The notes: generated by a model not told the origin, from the sequence alone. A DNA stretch of 64,000 bases from Octopus vulgaris (GCA_951406725.2 OX597817.1:113088001-113152000), one strand, 5' to 3'; positions 38,190 through 51,357 are shown, numbered from the stretch's first letter. Program-made: numbers and translations.

Positions 38190-39030
38190 CATCATCATCA
38201 TCATCATTTAATGTCTGTTAAATGGATTGGACGGTTTGACTGGGGACTGGCAAGTGAGGAGGCTGCATTAGGCTCCAATCTGATCTTGTAATGTTTCTCT
38301 CTTCCTAACGCCAACCACACTGAGAGTCTAGTGGTTGCTTTTTACATGCCACTGACATGGGAGCCAGGCAGGTGGCAATTGCATCGGCCATGTTCGGATG
38401 GTGTTTTTTACGTGCTAACGGTACAGGAGCCAGTCAGGTCTGGGGTCTGGCACCAACCACATTCAGATGGTGCTTTTTACATGCCACCTACCGGGGGGGG
38501 GGGGGCAGTCAGGTAGGACTGGTAACAGCCACAACTACAATTTCCATTTTGATTTCTATTTGATTGATATTCTGATTGTGATTTTGATTTTTGATTTTAC
38601 TTGAGTCAATAGGTCCCCTCAAGCACAGTGTCACCTGACAATTCAAAGGTACTCTTTAAATGGGCTGATTATGTGACACTGGTACAGACATAGGTATTAA
38701 GTCGATTACATCGACCCCAGTACGTAACTGGTACTTAATTTATCGACCCCGAAAGGATGAAAGGCAAAGTCGACCTCGGCGGAATTTGAGCTCAAAACGT
38801 AATGACAGACGAAATACAGCTATGCATTTTGCCCGGCGTGCTAACGTTTCTGCCAGCTCGCCACATGACCATACCAGTGCAGTTGTCTCTGTTACACACC
38901 ACATCTGATACTTCTTATCTCCAACATTTCTCTCAGGGCACTTACACTCTATTGTGTGTGCACACTGATATTACACATTGAGTGGATCATACTAGCTTCA
39001 TTTCTTTCAAGCCTACGTATGTCAACAGTC
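38190..39030 (-). mobile_element. RTE 3' fragment interrupted by a Nin-like SINE
   Basis: Tail at 38190-38690. The RT part at 38863-39030 matches 34616-34790. Confidence 0.75.
38695..38862 (-). mobile_element. Young tRNA-SINE with Nin-like core (CpG-rich)
   Basis: Minus strand GGCGAGCTGGCAGAAACGTTAGCACG...GAGCTCAAATTCC...GCCTTTCATCCTTTCGGGGTCGATAAATTAAGTACCAG. Confidence 0.85.
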
Positions 39031-39071
39031 ATATAAATATATATATATATATATATATATTCAATATTCAG

Positions 39072-39127
39072 AATTGACAGACATCAGCCGGTAAACATTC
39101 TAGTTTACCGGCTGATGTCTGTCAATT
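39072..39127. repeat. Perfect 25-bp inverted repeat with a 6-nt loop
   Basis: AATTGACAGACATCAGCCGGTAAAC-attcta-GTTTACCGGCTGATGTCTGTCAATT. Confidence 0.95.
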
Positions 39128-39311
39128 TTGTATCCTTTCCACTTTCTTATTTGCTGTATACATCAAGGGTCAACCACTTTTTACCCCGCCAATATATAAC
39201 ACATAGGTGCGAGCTTGCCACGTAATAACTAGCACTTGGGTAAGAATAATTGGGTACACTACCAGCAGTATATTGGATAGGTACTATCTATTTGTTGGTT
39301 TCTCAACCTCT

Positions 39312-39332
39312 ATGTATATGTGTGCATGTGTG

Positions 39333-39384
<52 letters not shown>

Positions 39385-39390
39385 TATACA

Positions 39391-39424
<34 letters not shown>

Positions 39425-39484
39425 TGTATATATATCTATATCTATATATATACTGTATATATACTACATATCTATATATATATG

Positions 39485-39522
<38 letters not shown>

Positions 39523-39618
39523 AATATTTATACATATAAATATATACTATGAATATATACAATATATATACTGTATACGTATATATATACTGTATACATA
39601 TACTTATATATATATACA

Positions 39619-39657
<39 letters not shown>

Positions 39658-39712
39658 TAAACACACAGACACACACACACATATATATATACACACACAC
39701 ACATATATACTA
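39312..39712. repeat. Long degenerate (TA)n-based microsatellite
   Basis: Seen directly. Confidence 0.95.
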
Positions 39713-40115
39713 TCATCATCATCGTTTAATATCCATTTTCCATGCTGGCATGGGTTGAACAGTTCGACTGGGATCTTGGAAGCCAGGCGGCTGCACCAGG
39801 CTCCAATCTGATCTGGCAGTATTTCTACAACTAATGCCTACGTAATGCCAACCGCTCCAATAGTGTAGTGGGTGCTTTTTATGTGCCACCAGCATAGGAG
39901 TGAGGGGAGCTGGCATCGACCATGATCGGATGGTGCTTTTTACGTGCCACCAGCACACAAGCCAGTCAAAGCAGCACTGGCATCGGCCACGTTCGGATAT
40001 TGCATTTTATGTGCTACCAGCACGGTGATCACAACTTCAATTTCCATTTGATTTGAATTTTATGTTGATGTTGATGTACTTGACTCAGTAGGTCTCCTCA
40101 AGCACAGCATGTCAT
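39713..40115 (-). mobile_element. RTE 3' tail copy
   Basis: (CAT)n, CCATGCTGGCATGGGTTG and TGGTGCTTTTTACGTGCCAC units. Confidence 0.8.
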
Positions 40116-40151
40116 GTTATGAAAAGAAAATATAAAATACACGTGGAAATG

Positions 40152-40447
40152 TGATCACGTGACCGACCAGACCATCAGATGTTGCTACACATCGCTGGTC
40201 ACAATGCGTTCGCATTGTTTTAGCCTTTGAATGATGCCACCTCGCTGGCTAAGCGAGCAGGCCAACAGAGGAGTGAGAGAAAGAGTGGTGAAAGAGTACA
40301 GCAGGGATCACCACCCCCCTGCCGGAGCCTCGTGGAGCTTTTAGTTGTTTTCGCTCAATAAACACACACAACGCCTGGTCTGGGAATCGAAACCGCGATC
40401 CTACGACCGCGAGTCCGCTGCCCTAACCAATGGGCCATTGCGCCTCC
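40152..40447 (-). mobile_element. Young tRNA-derived SINE (same family as 19708-20005)
   Basis: High identity to 19708-20005 with intact A and B boxes. Confidence 0.9.
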
Positions 40448-40805
40448 AATATATATACTATACACACACACACATATATATATATACAATATATATACGA
40501 TATATATATATATATATATATATAGTAGAAATATGTTACGAAAAGAAAATATAAAATACACGTGGAAATGTAAGGGTAAAATATGAAAAATCAACGAAAA
40601 TGCATATTGCAAATAGAAAAAGGCTATTTATGAATAGGTAACGACAAATATATACATTTAGATTGACTGAGGTAGTAATACAAGTCATAAAAGTCATTAT
40701 TATGAGATGATTATAAGATGATAATAAAGTAAAACAAAACGAACCAATGGTTTACGCAAAGCTATTCATCGTTTGAACAACACCGGTTATATATATATAT
40801 ATATA

Positions 40806-41162
40806 GGTGCAGGTGTGTCTGTGTGGTAAGTAGCTTGTTTACCAACCACATTGTTCTGGGTTCAGTCCCACTGTGCGGCACCTTGGGCAAATGTCTTCCA
40901 CTATAGCCTCGGGCTGACCAAGACCTTGTAAGTGGATTTAGTAGATGGAAACTGAAAGCAGCTGGTCATATAAATATGTTTGTGTGTGTGTGTGTGTGTG
41001 TCTTTGTTACCCCACCATTGCTTGACAACCGATGTTGGTGTGTTTATGTCTTTGTAACTTTGAGACCAATAGAATATTTACTCAGCTTACAAAGAATAAA
41101 TCCTGGGCTTGATTTGTTCGACTAAAAGTTGGTGCTCAAATGACTGAAACAAATAAAAGAAT
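40806..41162 (+). mobile_element. tRNA-SINE copy
   Basis: Colinear with 62755-63157, with small deletions. Confidence 0.85.
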
Positions 41163-41171
41163 ATATAAGTG

Positions 41172-41211
<40 letters not shown>

Positions 41212-41212
41212 T

Positions 41213-42279
41213 GCTAACTTAAAAGCTGCCCTACCTGGTGGCTTTTAACCTACCTACAATGGATGACACCTTATGCATTGTGTACATATTAAATTTTATG
41301 AAACTTGAACATTATTTTTCAAGCAAAGCACAATTTTTCATCAAAACAATGATATAATTTGTTGACTTGAAAATTATTGCAAAGCTATATGATAAACATC
41401 TTTTGTCTTCCCTTCTGGAGTCAGTACAAATAGCTTGTTTCCATTTCCTATTCTTGAGCAACCTATTGGCAACCATAAACTTACCTTTTAAAAGTTCAAT
41501 GATAATTCTTCTGCCACCACTTAATTTAAAGATTATTTGTTGTATGTGAGAGCCTTACTTTTCATACAAACAATTATTTGTAGTAGCTGGTATGTATCTA
41601 AACTCCTGTTCATAGTTTGAAGGAAAATTACACCACTATTTCAAAGTGTGATTTTTATGATCTGGAATTGCTCTTAATGTATGTGACCATAAAGATGTTT
41701 GAAATTTGGTATTTTTTAGTATTATTTAAGGTAATAATAAAATTAGTCAAATCTGTTTTCATGCACTCAGAGTGCACTAAGTTTCCATAGCTCTGGCAGC
41801 ATGAAAATAGGTCTGACAAGTTTTATTAATACCTGAAAATATACTAATTTTCCAACATTTTTATGGTAGAGAGTTATGAGAGGTAATATTGTATGAGAGA
41901 GTGAGTTCAATACATATTTCAGTTCTAGACATTATGAAGCAGATGTTATGGTTAAATTACTTGATACAGTTATAATATTTAGAGAAAGATTTTTGCAAAA
42001 TGTTTATTTTGGAAATTACTTTTGGAAATAGCTGTATTTAGAGAAATATTTTTTTTAAATGTTTAGGATTAAGAAAAACCAAAAGTGAAGAATAGTAGAA
42101 GTTATTGAATAGTGAGAGAGGGGTAAAGCATGAGGAATAGTAGAAGTATCATTGAATAATGAGAGAAGGGTAAAGCATGAGGAAGAGAAGTGTCATTGAA
42201 TAGTGAGAGAGAGGGTCGGAGAAGTAAAGTTGAAAAAGTGCAACACACTAATACACTAACATTCGCTTATTATTATAGA
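41213..42279 (-). mobile_element. Non-autonomous Helitron retaining the helicase C-terminal coding remnant
   Basis: Minus-strand 5' TCTATAATAATAAGCGAATG. 41395-41463 encodes GCSRIGNGNKLFVLTPEGKTKDV, like the end of Helitron Pif1-type helicases. Subterminal hairpin AAAAGCTGCC/GGTGGCTTTT near 41221-41246 and an internal ~48-bp minisatellite at 42087-42215. Confidence 0.7.
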
Positions 42280-45200
42280 TATATATACATGTGTGTGTAA
42301 TTTCCATTTACCAAACTTTACTCGGAGTATTAAAAAACTCAAGGCAACATTAGAAGACACTCTGCTTATAGTACCATGTAGTAAGAATGAATCTAGAGTC
42401 ATGTAGGTGCAAAGCAAACTTCCTAACCACACAGTTATGCCCTTATCCTAGGAAAAACATGAATTTTATTCAGTCCTAAAGTTCATGGAACTGGTCAGTT
42501 ACTGAATTATATTTCTAGATACAAAATTTCAAGCAATAAATTGTTATTTTTTGCACTGATGTATATCATATATTCTAATGATCATTTAAAAATATTTGTT
42601 CTAAATTGGCTTATAGATAATATAAGTTATGACTAATTAGCTTAATATATGGATTAAATACATAAGAAGAGCTAGTGTTAAATAATTTATTTACAGTTTT
42701 ATATTCTTATTCTGTTGATATATTTGTTTTGGATTGGGAATAGGTAAGCCTTGATCAGAAAGTAACCTTTCAGTGAACTCAAGTCTCAGGCCCAGTTTTG
42801 ATTTATGGTTGTAGCTGAGCTGTTGACATCTTTTTTTTTTTTTTTTTTCCTAATAATTTCAAGAGGAGCATGAAGAGTTCAACAATACAGTTTCTCCTCC
42901 CCCAAAGTCATTAAGGATAATGACCCTCGTTGTATATCTCTAATATAAAATGTCTCTTGTGTAACAAAAATAACAGTGAACATATAATATGATATAAAGA
43001 ATAACAAGCTCACTTTCTACTGGAATGAAAAAAAATATTCTTTTAGCTTAATGCCAGTGCTGTATTTATTCTATTCTCAAGAGTCTCATCAGGAAAAGGT
43101 CCTGTTACAGTTAATATAATTATTTATTTATTTTCAAAGTATAACTGTCCTTGATTTTAAATTAATCTTTTATTACAATGTTGATGAATTGACATTAATA
43201 TTTTTTATGAAAACATGTTCTTAGACTCACACTCATTTGATTGCTTTTATGCAAGGTCATTTAGACGGCACCTAGCTTGGATGGTTTCTGCAGTCATATT
43301 CATTTTACTTCATTTATTTCATAAGGCAAAAAAGGTTCATTGTCACATTTTCTCCCAAATTGTTACATGGTGGTTTCATGAATATTATAAGTGTTGTTCA
43401 AATGTATTATAATCAAGTTTCACAGCTACTTTCTAATAGTGTTTTTAGCTAAAAACAAGCAAATTATGAATTTGTTTTACTAGAAATTTAGTTTATTGGA
43501 GGTGGCTATGTCAATATAATGTTAATTCTGTACTTTCTATTTTCATTTACATTGTCTTCGATAATTTATGTCTATGAATACAAGATAACTTTCTATTTAA
43601 AATTTCTTCAATATTTTATCAGGTGTCAATACTGAATCAGTATTGGTATATTTAAAGAGGAAATTTTTGACTTGTAATCAAGTTATTCCACAGATATTTT
43701 GATGTTTGTCATTATCTTTTTTCACTAGATATCCCAAATTTTTTTTAGAATATGACGTGTAAGTCACCAAAACGATTTTCCATTGCATTAATACACTGAA
43801 TGCATGATATTTCATATAAATGGAAATAATGGCTTAAAATTAAAAAATAAAATTATTTCTTATTCATTCATGCATAAATGATTAATTCCTTTAAACTATC
43901 ATTTTTTATTATGAATTAGTAATTAATAATGGTTTGATAATGGTGTGACTATAATTTCTTATAAGTCTTTTTAACTCTATTTCCATTTCCAAACTAATCA
44001 ACATTAGCAAGTAAATGAAACCAAGAAAATTTCTGTGCAAAGTCCACAGCAATTTTAGTCTTAAATATCACAGAATTCTCTCACCAACTACTTACTAAAA
44101 TACCTGTTTTTCTCATTCACATCTTTTTCATATTCAGTCCTAACAATTCTGATAGCACAGTCAAATTCTACCACTAAAGCCACTCCATAAATTTTATCTG
44201 CTCAGAATTCCATGAGCAAATAGTGTTAACTATCAAATCTGGTTAAAATATTGTTTCATTTATTCAGTAATTTACAGTTGATGCCTCACAGAATCTAGTT
44301 TGTTGAGTAACCCTAGGTGATATTTTATCAGAAACCCTATTAAGTTCATATTTACTTAATGCATGCCAAAGCAGACCATCTGGATTTGTACCTGTTTGAG
44401 AGGAAGCCAGACTGCAGGTGACTGCTTCATGAGTTGATTTTCAAATGAGAAAAGAATTGGTAAACTATGTAAAAATAAAATTTACTTTAATGCAATGAAA
44501 ATATTGGTATGTTTTCTCAAAGCGGCTTAAATATCTTACTGGCAACAGAATTTCTACATGCTGATATGAAAAACATATTTCGGTTAGTGGTGTGTATGAT
44601 GTTTTAGATTATACTTATTAGTACAAGAAAACTTACTACTCAAAAATTTCATCAATATTTTTTTTTTTTTGGAGCCAGGGTTGGATCATAAATCATATAA
44701 TTAAGTAAGAAATTGTTGACTAGTTATCTGTAATCAAGCTATTCTATAGATATTTTGTTATCTATTCTTGTATTTCTTTGCCAGTTATCCTAAATTTCCT
44801 TTTTTAAGATAAGCTGTACAATTTTCATTTCATAGGGAGGTTCATCAGAAAGGCTTTCAAGCTTTAACAAAAAAAAAACTGAAAGAATGATACTTCATGT
44901 AAATGAATAAAGGAGATAAGCAACTAGCTTGCTTCAAAGCTCAATAAACTAATCTTCATGAGTGAAAGATAATGTTTTAAAATTCTTGAAATTCTCTTCT
45001 CCAAACTATTCCTATTTCAAATTTTAATATCTAGTTTTCCTACAATTTGCTAATTTTGGGCACAATTCTTGTAAATATAATCAGTAAAATTTTTTAAATG
45101 GGAGTATTTTACTTCTATAATGAAGCTGAATGAAACGTTAATAAGCTACATATAATCTGCAGTGTTTTTTGTTTATTTAGATCAGTAATCTGTGAAGTGA

Positions 45201-45603
45201 TTCTATTACTTACCAATGTATATACCTTAGATTTGATATATAAGTAATGCCTTGTCTCTTACTGCAACACCTTTTGTAGTTTTATGTCTCTGCCAACTTT
45301 CTTATCTGCTTATCTGAAAAATTAAATAACATTAAATCATTTCTTTTGAACAATTTTATCACATTAGGTTGTTTGATATTATTACAAACCATTTCAGTGA
45401 CATTTGAGAATAAGTAATCTATTTCAAAATTCACTACCACCCAATGGCACTTAAAAACTGACGTTTCATTTGAAAACTAGTCGGCTTTTTTTTTTTTTTT
45501 GCTCTCTGTAGTTTCTAACATCAAACATTATAAGGTGAGTTTGCCAAGCTTTGTTTTAATTTCTTGGCAGATTTTTATAGTCCTCATCACATAAAATACA
45601 CAA

Positions 45604-45652
<49 letters not shown>

Positions 45653-46309
45653 TACTAAACAATGTGTGATTGGTACTTTAAAGTAATGCTTTGTAAGCAG
45701 TACAAGTTTTTTTTTTAGCCATCATGGTGATGTGCACATCTCTCCCAAGGACATAAAAAGCAGGTTAGGCTTGGCCTGATTTCAAACCTTGTGGGGATTT
45801 CTTAAAGGGCTATGCACTGTTCTTTATTTATCCACACATAGAGATATAGTTTACAGGTTTTTTATAGCCATTAAACATCAGAGCTTTATTAAATCAGTCT
45901 GTCCATATACCTTACATAGTGCTTCTTTTGACTACTTACATAATCAATTATTCAATTAGCCAGGGACAAAATAGTGTCTTTGATTTATTGAAATATGTAT
46001 TTAATAAGCAATACAAGGCTGTTGTTTTTGTTTTTTTTATTAATTATAACTGTGACGAATACGCCTGGCAAATATATGCAAATTTCTTTTCTGTCTCTCC
46101 ATGGACAGAAAAGGGAGTATTGGCTTGATCCAGTTTTAGTCTTAAAGGTATGTGTTCTCTTCAGAGATAATACACCCACCTTCATCTATCCATGGAGAGA
46201 GCTAGAGCTTATACTGTGGATAGCCACTAAACCCAGATTTGTTTATCTGTGGAGATTACAGCTTAAAGATATTTGTCACCAATACATATCAACTAATGTG
46301 TGTGTGTAG

Positions 46310-46935
46310 TCATCATCATTATTTAACATTCGTTGTCCATGGTGGCATTGGTTGGATAGTGTGACCAGAGCTGGAAAGCTGTGGCGGGGGGGGGGGGCAC
46401 CAAAATCCCGTCTGATTTGGCATGGTTTCTACGGCTGGATGCCCTTCCTAACTCCAACCACTTTACAGGGTGTGCTAGGTGCTTTTACATGATACTGCAC
46501 GGGCACTTTTACATGGCACCACATGGACACTTTTATGTGGCACTGCATGGGAACTTTTACATGGTTCTGCACAGGTACTTTTACATGGCACCACACTGGT
46601 GCTTTACACTGCTAGAAGGATCGGTCTTAACATTTCTGTGGTAGGTTTTCTTGAGTACGGCCAGGTACTGGGTATCTCAGTCTTTTGTCATCTCACCTGA
46701 AAGGTTCAGCTTCCTGAGATCATTTTTTTCAGTACTTCGTCCCATGTCTCCCTATGTCATGTTCCATCCACTGTGAGACATCGGCTCTTCTTTATGGAGA
46801 TGTTGGCATCCATCCACATCACATGATCAAACTAGTGCAGTCTTCTCTCTTGAGCACAGCAACCAATTCCTCTTATGCTTAGCTTCTATCTCAGAACACT
46901 GGCACTCTGTTGAACATGTACACTTACAATCAGAC
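46310..46935 (-). mobile_element. Old RTE 3' fragment with a 21-bp minisatellite (about 46480-46610)
   Basis: RTE terminus motif, about six units of CACTTTTACATGGCACCACATGG, and an RT-like region similar to 34480-34735. Confidence 0.75.
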
Positions 46936-48666
46936 TATTGGCTTTCAAATGATGCCACCCCACTGGATAGCTGGACAAGCCAACATTCCTTTTGAAAAGA
47001 AAACCATTGGGTGTATGCTTATGTAAGATATTTAAAATACCTACACAAGTTTTCATTGACTAAGGTTGAGACAAAAGGATCTTATTTATTGACCATATAA
47101 CTGGTGTGTACAAATGGAGTAAAGAAATGGAAAAGGAATGGTTTTCAGGTTGGGAAGAGACCAAAAAGCCAAAAGAGAAGAGACAAAGAAAAAGAATTGG
47201 TGTAAATGTATAAATATATATATTGAACATAATAATTTTTTCTCAAACTGTGAAAAGATATGTAATAACTATACAAATGTAATAAGGAAAAGTGAATACA
47301 AAAAAAGGAAAAGTAAAAATGAAAGTAAACAGAAATGATGAAACATGAAGGAAAGGAAGAAATATTTTTTAAATTTAGAAAGAAATTAGAAGAAAAAGGT
47401 ATATATGCATGAAAGTTGAAACATGCAAGGCAATCAATTTGTAAAATATGATATTTATATCTTTAATGTAAGGGAAAGAGAATTATATCAAAAGATAGTG
47501 CCAAAAGATAAGTGACTACAAAACAAGTATTTAGACATGTCTGTAAGAAGTTGAAGTATTCAGGTCAATGATTTAATGCATGTGCATTACAAGTTTGAAT
47601 GAAGGGTTTGTGTTTATAAAGTACAGTGTGCTTTGAAATCATTTAATTTTAGTTTCTTTGAAAATCCAAATATACCTAGACAAAATTGTTGAAATTCTCT
47701 TTTCTGCATGCTTTAAAAAATGGGTACATCCATAAAAACAAATCTTGAATTTCCTTTTAAGTTAACCCACTGAAAGATTTAAATATTGTGCTTATTGTCT
47801 AGTTGCACTTTAGCATGATAAATTAATGTTTTTGAATAGTAGTTACCATTGAGAGGACAACTATTTGGAGTAATACAATGGGAGGAGTACGGAATTATTA
47901 ATACTGATCTTTTTTAACTGAAATTAACTAATTGAACATGCAAAAATTTTACACAAAAAATAGCCAACTTTAACCTAGTTTCTGCTAAAGGTCATATGAT
48001 ATTGATGATTGGCTAGAAAGTAAAAACCAGAAATTAAATTTAGGAACAAATTGCTAATATTTGTTTTTATATTTAAGCTAAAACTTAGATTATACCTCAG
48101 GATATTTCTTGGTCTGTTGCACTTTAGGACATGGCAGTAGATAATAATATTACATCTGAAAAGCCACTACTATGAGGTGCCACATATGTACATTCCAAGC
48201 TAGGGATGTGTGTCTGTGTGTCTTTATCACAGTACAAAATTGGAAATTCCTTTTCAATCAATAAACAAGAACTTCTTTTGAAATATGTTGTTTTTTCTTT
48301 TTTTAATCTCAGACTTTACCAATTACTCATTCATGTTGCAAATTCTAAAATAGCTATTTTAGTTCCAACAATAATCATAAATGATGAGTATATTTTTAGA
48401 AAAAATACTAATGATGGGAAAAGCAACATTAACATATAAATTATTGATATTTATAATATAGGGTTTACTGTCTTTCTTTTTTTTTTTTCATGAATGATCA
48501 CTATTTATTCACTGGTAATGATCTGGCTATGTTCTATTTCTTCAAAGCATCGTCTTCAGTAAGCTTTAAATGTTTTGTTTTATTAGATTTTTACTTTTAT
48601 AAATGCACTTCTTTGTTTTTTTCATTTCCCCCTTCTCTCTCTCATATATATGTGTGTGCATGTGTG

Positions 48667-48710
<44 letters not shown>

Positions 48711-48712
<2 letters not shown>

Positions 48713-49371
48713 CAAATTAAATGGGTGGCTTATTAGCAATTTGAACCTAAAGGCAAATTTAATAGAGGTTACAAAAGTGACAGAGGGTACTGACTAACAC
48801 CACTATTGCTAAGAATTAGAGTTAAAACAACTTCAAAGTCACAAAAGCACTGAACTTAATGACAGACAAAGGGAAGTAAGTTCCCAGCGTATATAGTCAG
48901 ATCAATGATTTTGGATTTTGATGTAGACCATCTTAATCCTCATCAGTGACTCTTAACGCCTGGGGTTAAACTCAAGTACCTGTGTCAGTTTTATAAGAAA
49001 AATCATTGAAAACATGTACTGATTTTCAAGACAGTAAAAGTGTAAAAAAGCAAATTAAATGGGTGGCTTATTAGCAATTTGAACCTAAAGTCAAAATTAA
49101 TAGAGGTCACAAAAGTGACAGAGAGTACTGAGTAGCATCACTATTGCTGAAAATAAGAGTTAAAACAACTCAAAAGCCACAAAGCGCTATCTTAATGACT
49201 GACGCAGGGAGGTAAGTCCTCAGCGTATATAGTCAGATCAACTTCTACCTCCCTTTGTCAGTCATTAAGATAGTGCTTTGTTGCTTTTGAGTTATTTGAA
49301 CTCTTATTTCTAGCAACAGTGGTGCTAGTTAGCACCTTCTGTCACTTTTGTGACTTTTATTAATTTTGTCT
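48711..49371. mobile_element. Second ORF-less hammerhead element with partial tandem (period about 338) plus inverted arm, next to (TA)n
   Basis: 48713-48905 is repeated at 49051-49241. 49242-49371 is a diverged reverse complement of about 49090-49215. Confidence 0.8.
48895..48951 (-). ncRNA. Type I hammerhead motif with one core change (G12 to A at a CpG)
   Basis: Minus strand agUCA-CUGAUGA-ggauu aa gaug gucua cauc aa aaucc-aAAA-uc auu ga-UC-ugacu. Stems I, II and III all pair. Confidence 0.75.
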
Positions 49372-49381
49372 ATTTTTATAT

Positions 49382-49640
49382 CATCATCATCATCATCATC
49401 GTTTAACGTCCGTTCTCCATGCTAGCATGGGTTGGACGGTTCGACTGGGGATCTGGGAAGCCAGAAGGCTGCACCAGGCTCCAGTCTTATCTGGCAATGT
49501 TTCTACAGCTGGATGCCCTTCCTAACGCCAACCACTCCGTGAGTGTAGTGGGTGCTTTTTACATGCCACCTGCACAGGTGCCAGGCAAGGCTGGCAACGG
49601 CCACGGTCGGATTGGTGTATTTTATGTGCCACCGGCACGG
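49382..49640 (-). mobile_element. RTE 3' tail copy (young)
   Basis: (CAT)n-CGTTTAACGTCCG...CTGGATGCCCTTCCTAACGCCAACC. Confidence 0.85.
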
Positions 49641-49667
49641 AAATATATATATATATATATATATATA

Positions 49668-50493
49668 TCTTACTTATTAAAATTGAAAATGTCTGTGTGT
49701 GTGTATCGTTATGTCCTCATTTTGCGCCAAAACAGCTCGACCAATTTTTCTTAAACTTCACATGCACATTGCATATGTGTCTGGGGAGGTTTTAAGTATA
49801 AATTGATTTGGAAAAAATGTTCAGGTAAACGGAGGGAGGAATAACATTTGGGTGCAGTTGAACAGCAGCATAATTAGTTTAAGCTTCCAAGGAAAATCAC
49901 TTATTTCTTAGTATTTGAACTATTTTAGTTATTTTCTCAATTTATCCAGTACAAGGCTTAAACAAGTTAATAGTATTCTCCTAAACAATAGATCCACATA
50001 TTTCGGTTAGTGACTTATTCACGAATATACCAACTCTAGCGCTGCTGAGGGTAATATTCTCTGGGAATGCACAAAAGCTTTTTTCACAGTTAATTACATT
50101 GAATTGTTATCTCATATCTGATTAGCCTGTTATTACATAACATGTATCACAATTTTAGTATACATACCTTATTAGTATTTCCTCCTATGTTCTATATACT
50201 CTGGGAACATTTTAAAGCCCTTTTCAGGGATACTTTATTTGAATTCTTACTATAGAGTAATTAATTTCATGTTATTACATAACTGACTTCACAATTTGAG
50301 CATTCATAACTTATTGAGAATTTCTAAAAATAAGATTCTATGTAAGACAGTTTGGTATTCTCAATAAATACACAAAAACCATTTTAAGGGCTACATACTT
50401 TGAATCGGTGTTACTGGATTAGTGAAACAATTATGAGAATGGAACCAAGGGATAAGCCTGCTTACCCAGGAATTACCGGGCATGTCACCCGGT
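49668..50493 (+). mobile_element. Non-autonomous Helitron-like element 1
   Basis: 5' TCTTACTTATTAAAATTGAAAATGTCTGTGTG...CCAAAACAGCTCGACCAATT and a 3' GC hairpin region CCCAGGAATTACCGGGCATGTCACCCGGT before a (TA) tract. No canonical CTAG. Confidence 0.55.
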
Positions 50494-50528
50494 ATATATA
50501 TATGTGTGTGTGTGTGCGTGTGTATATG

Positions 50529-50560
<32 letters not shown>

Positions 50561-50578
50561 TGTGTGTGTGTGTGTATA

Positions 50579-51312
50579 TCTATAATATAAATTGGACATG
50601 GGCGATCGTTGTATTCTTTCTTGTCTTGAGGTTCACAGCCAAACGGCTGGGTGAATTCGCATGCAGACGGGTGCATACATTCGCGTGCAGACGGGTGCAT
50701 ACATTGGAATGCGGTTTGTATTTTTTCCCTAGCCCACTTACTTACTGAGAAAATCGATTAAAACTTTTTCTAAAGAAATTCCCCTGTTTGTTCCACCATT
50801 AAAACAATCTGTTACTCACACAGCCAACATATACCATTTCGCTAGCAACAAGGGGAGTACAGGATGACAGTCAGCCAAAACTTTCGCTATGCTGTCTCTC
50901 TTCTTCTCCCTCACATACACATGCACAAGCACGCATGCACACACACACACATACGCACACACATACATTTCATATATCTTCTTTCAATTTCTGCTCTCTG
51001 CAAATAAAATTTTTACAGATACAACTGCTTACAAAAATAGGGATTAATGTATAATTTCTTTCTATGTTCATAATTAAATCAATGTTTTCATGATTAGACA
51101 GAAGTCCAATAGAATAGCTCTCAGAAACAGACTACGTACAAATTCTTTCTTCACAACTCCTGAAGCTGTTTTCTGACAAGGCAGGAGGCTCCAATCAAAA
51201 CAGGGGACCCGAAATGATGAGGTTGAGAAACGGTGTTATAGATTATGCATAACTGAAAACGATCACAGCTACATCATCCAAACAGACCGGGTGAAACCGG
51301 GCTTAGCTGCTA

Positions 51313-51313
<1 letters not shown>
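50579..51313 (+). mobile_element. Non-autonomous Helitron-like element 2
   Basis: A|TCTATAATATAAA...CACAGCCAAACGGCTGG at the 5' end. 3' hairpin CCGG-GTGAAA-CCGG, then CTAG|T. No TSD. Confidence 0.8.
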
Positions 51314-51357
<44 letters not shown>

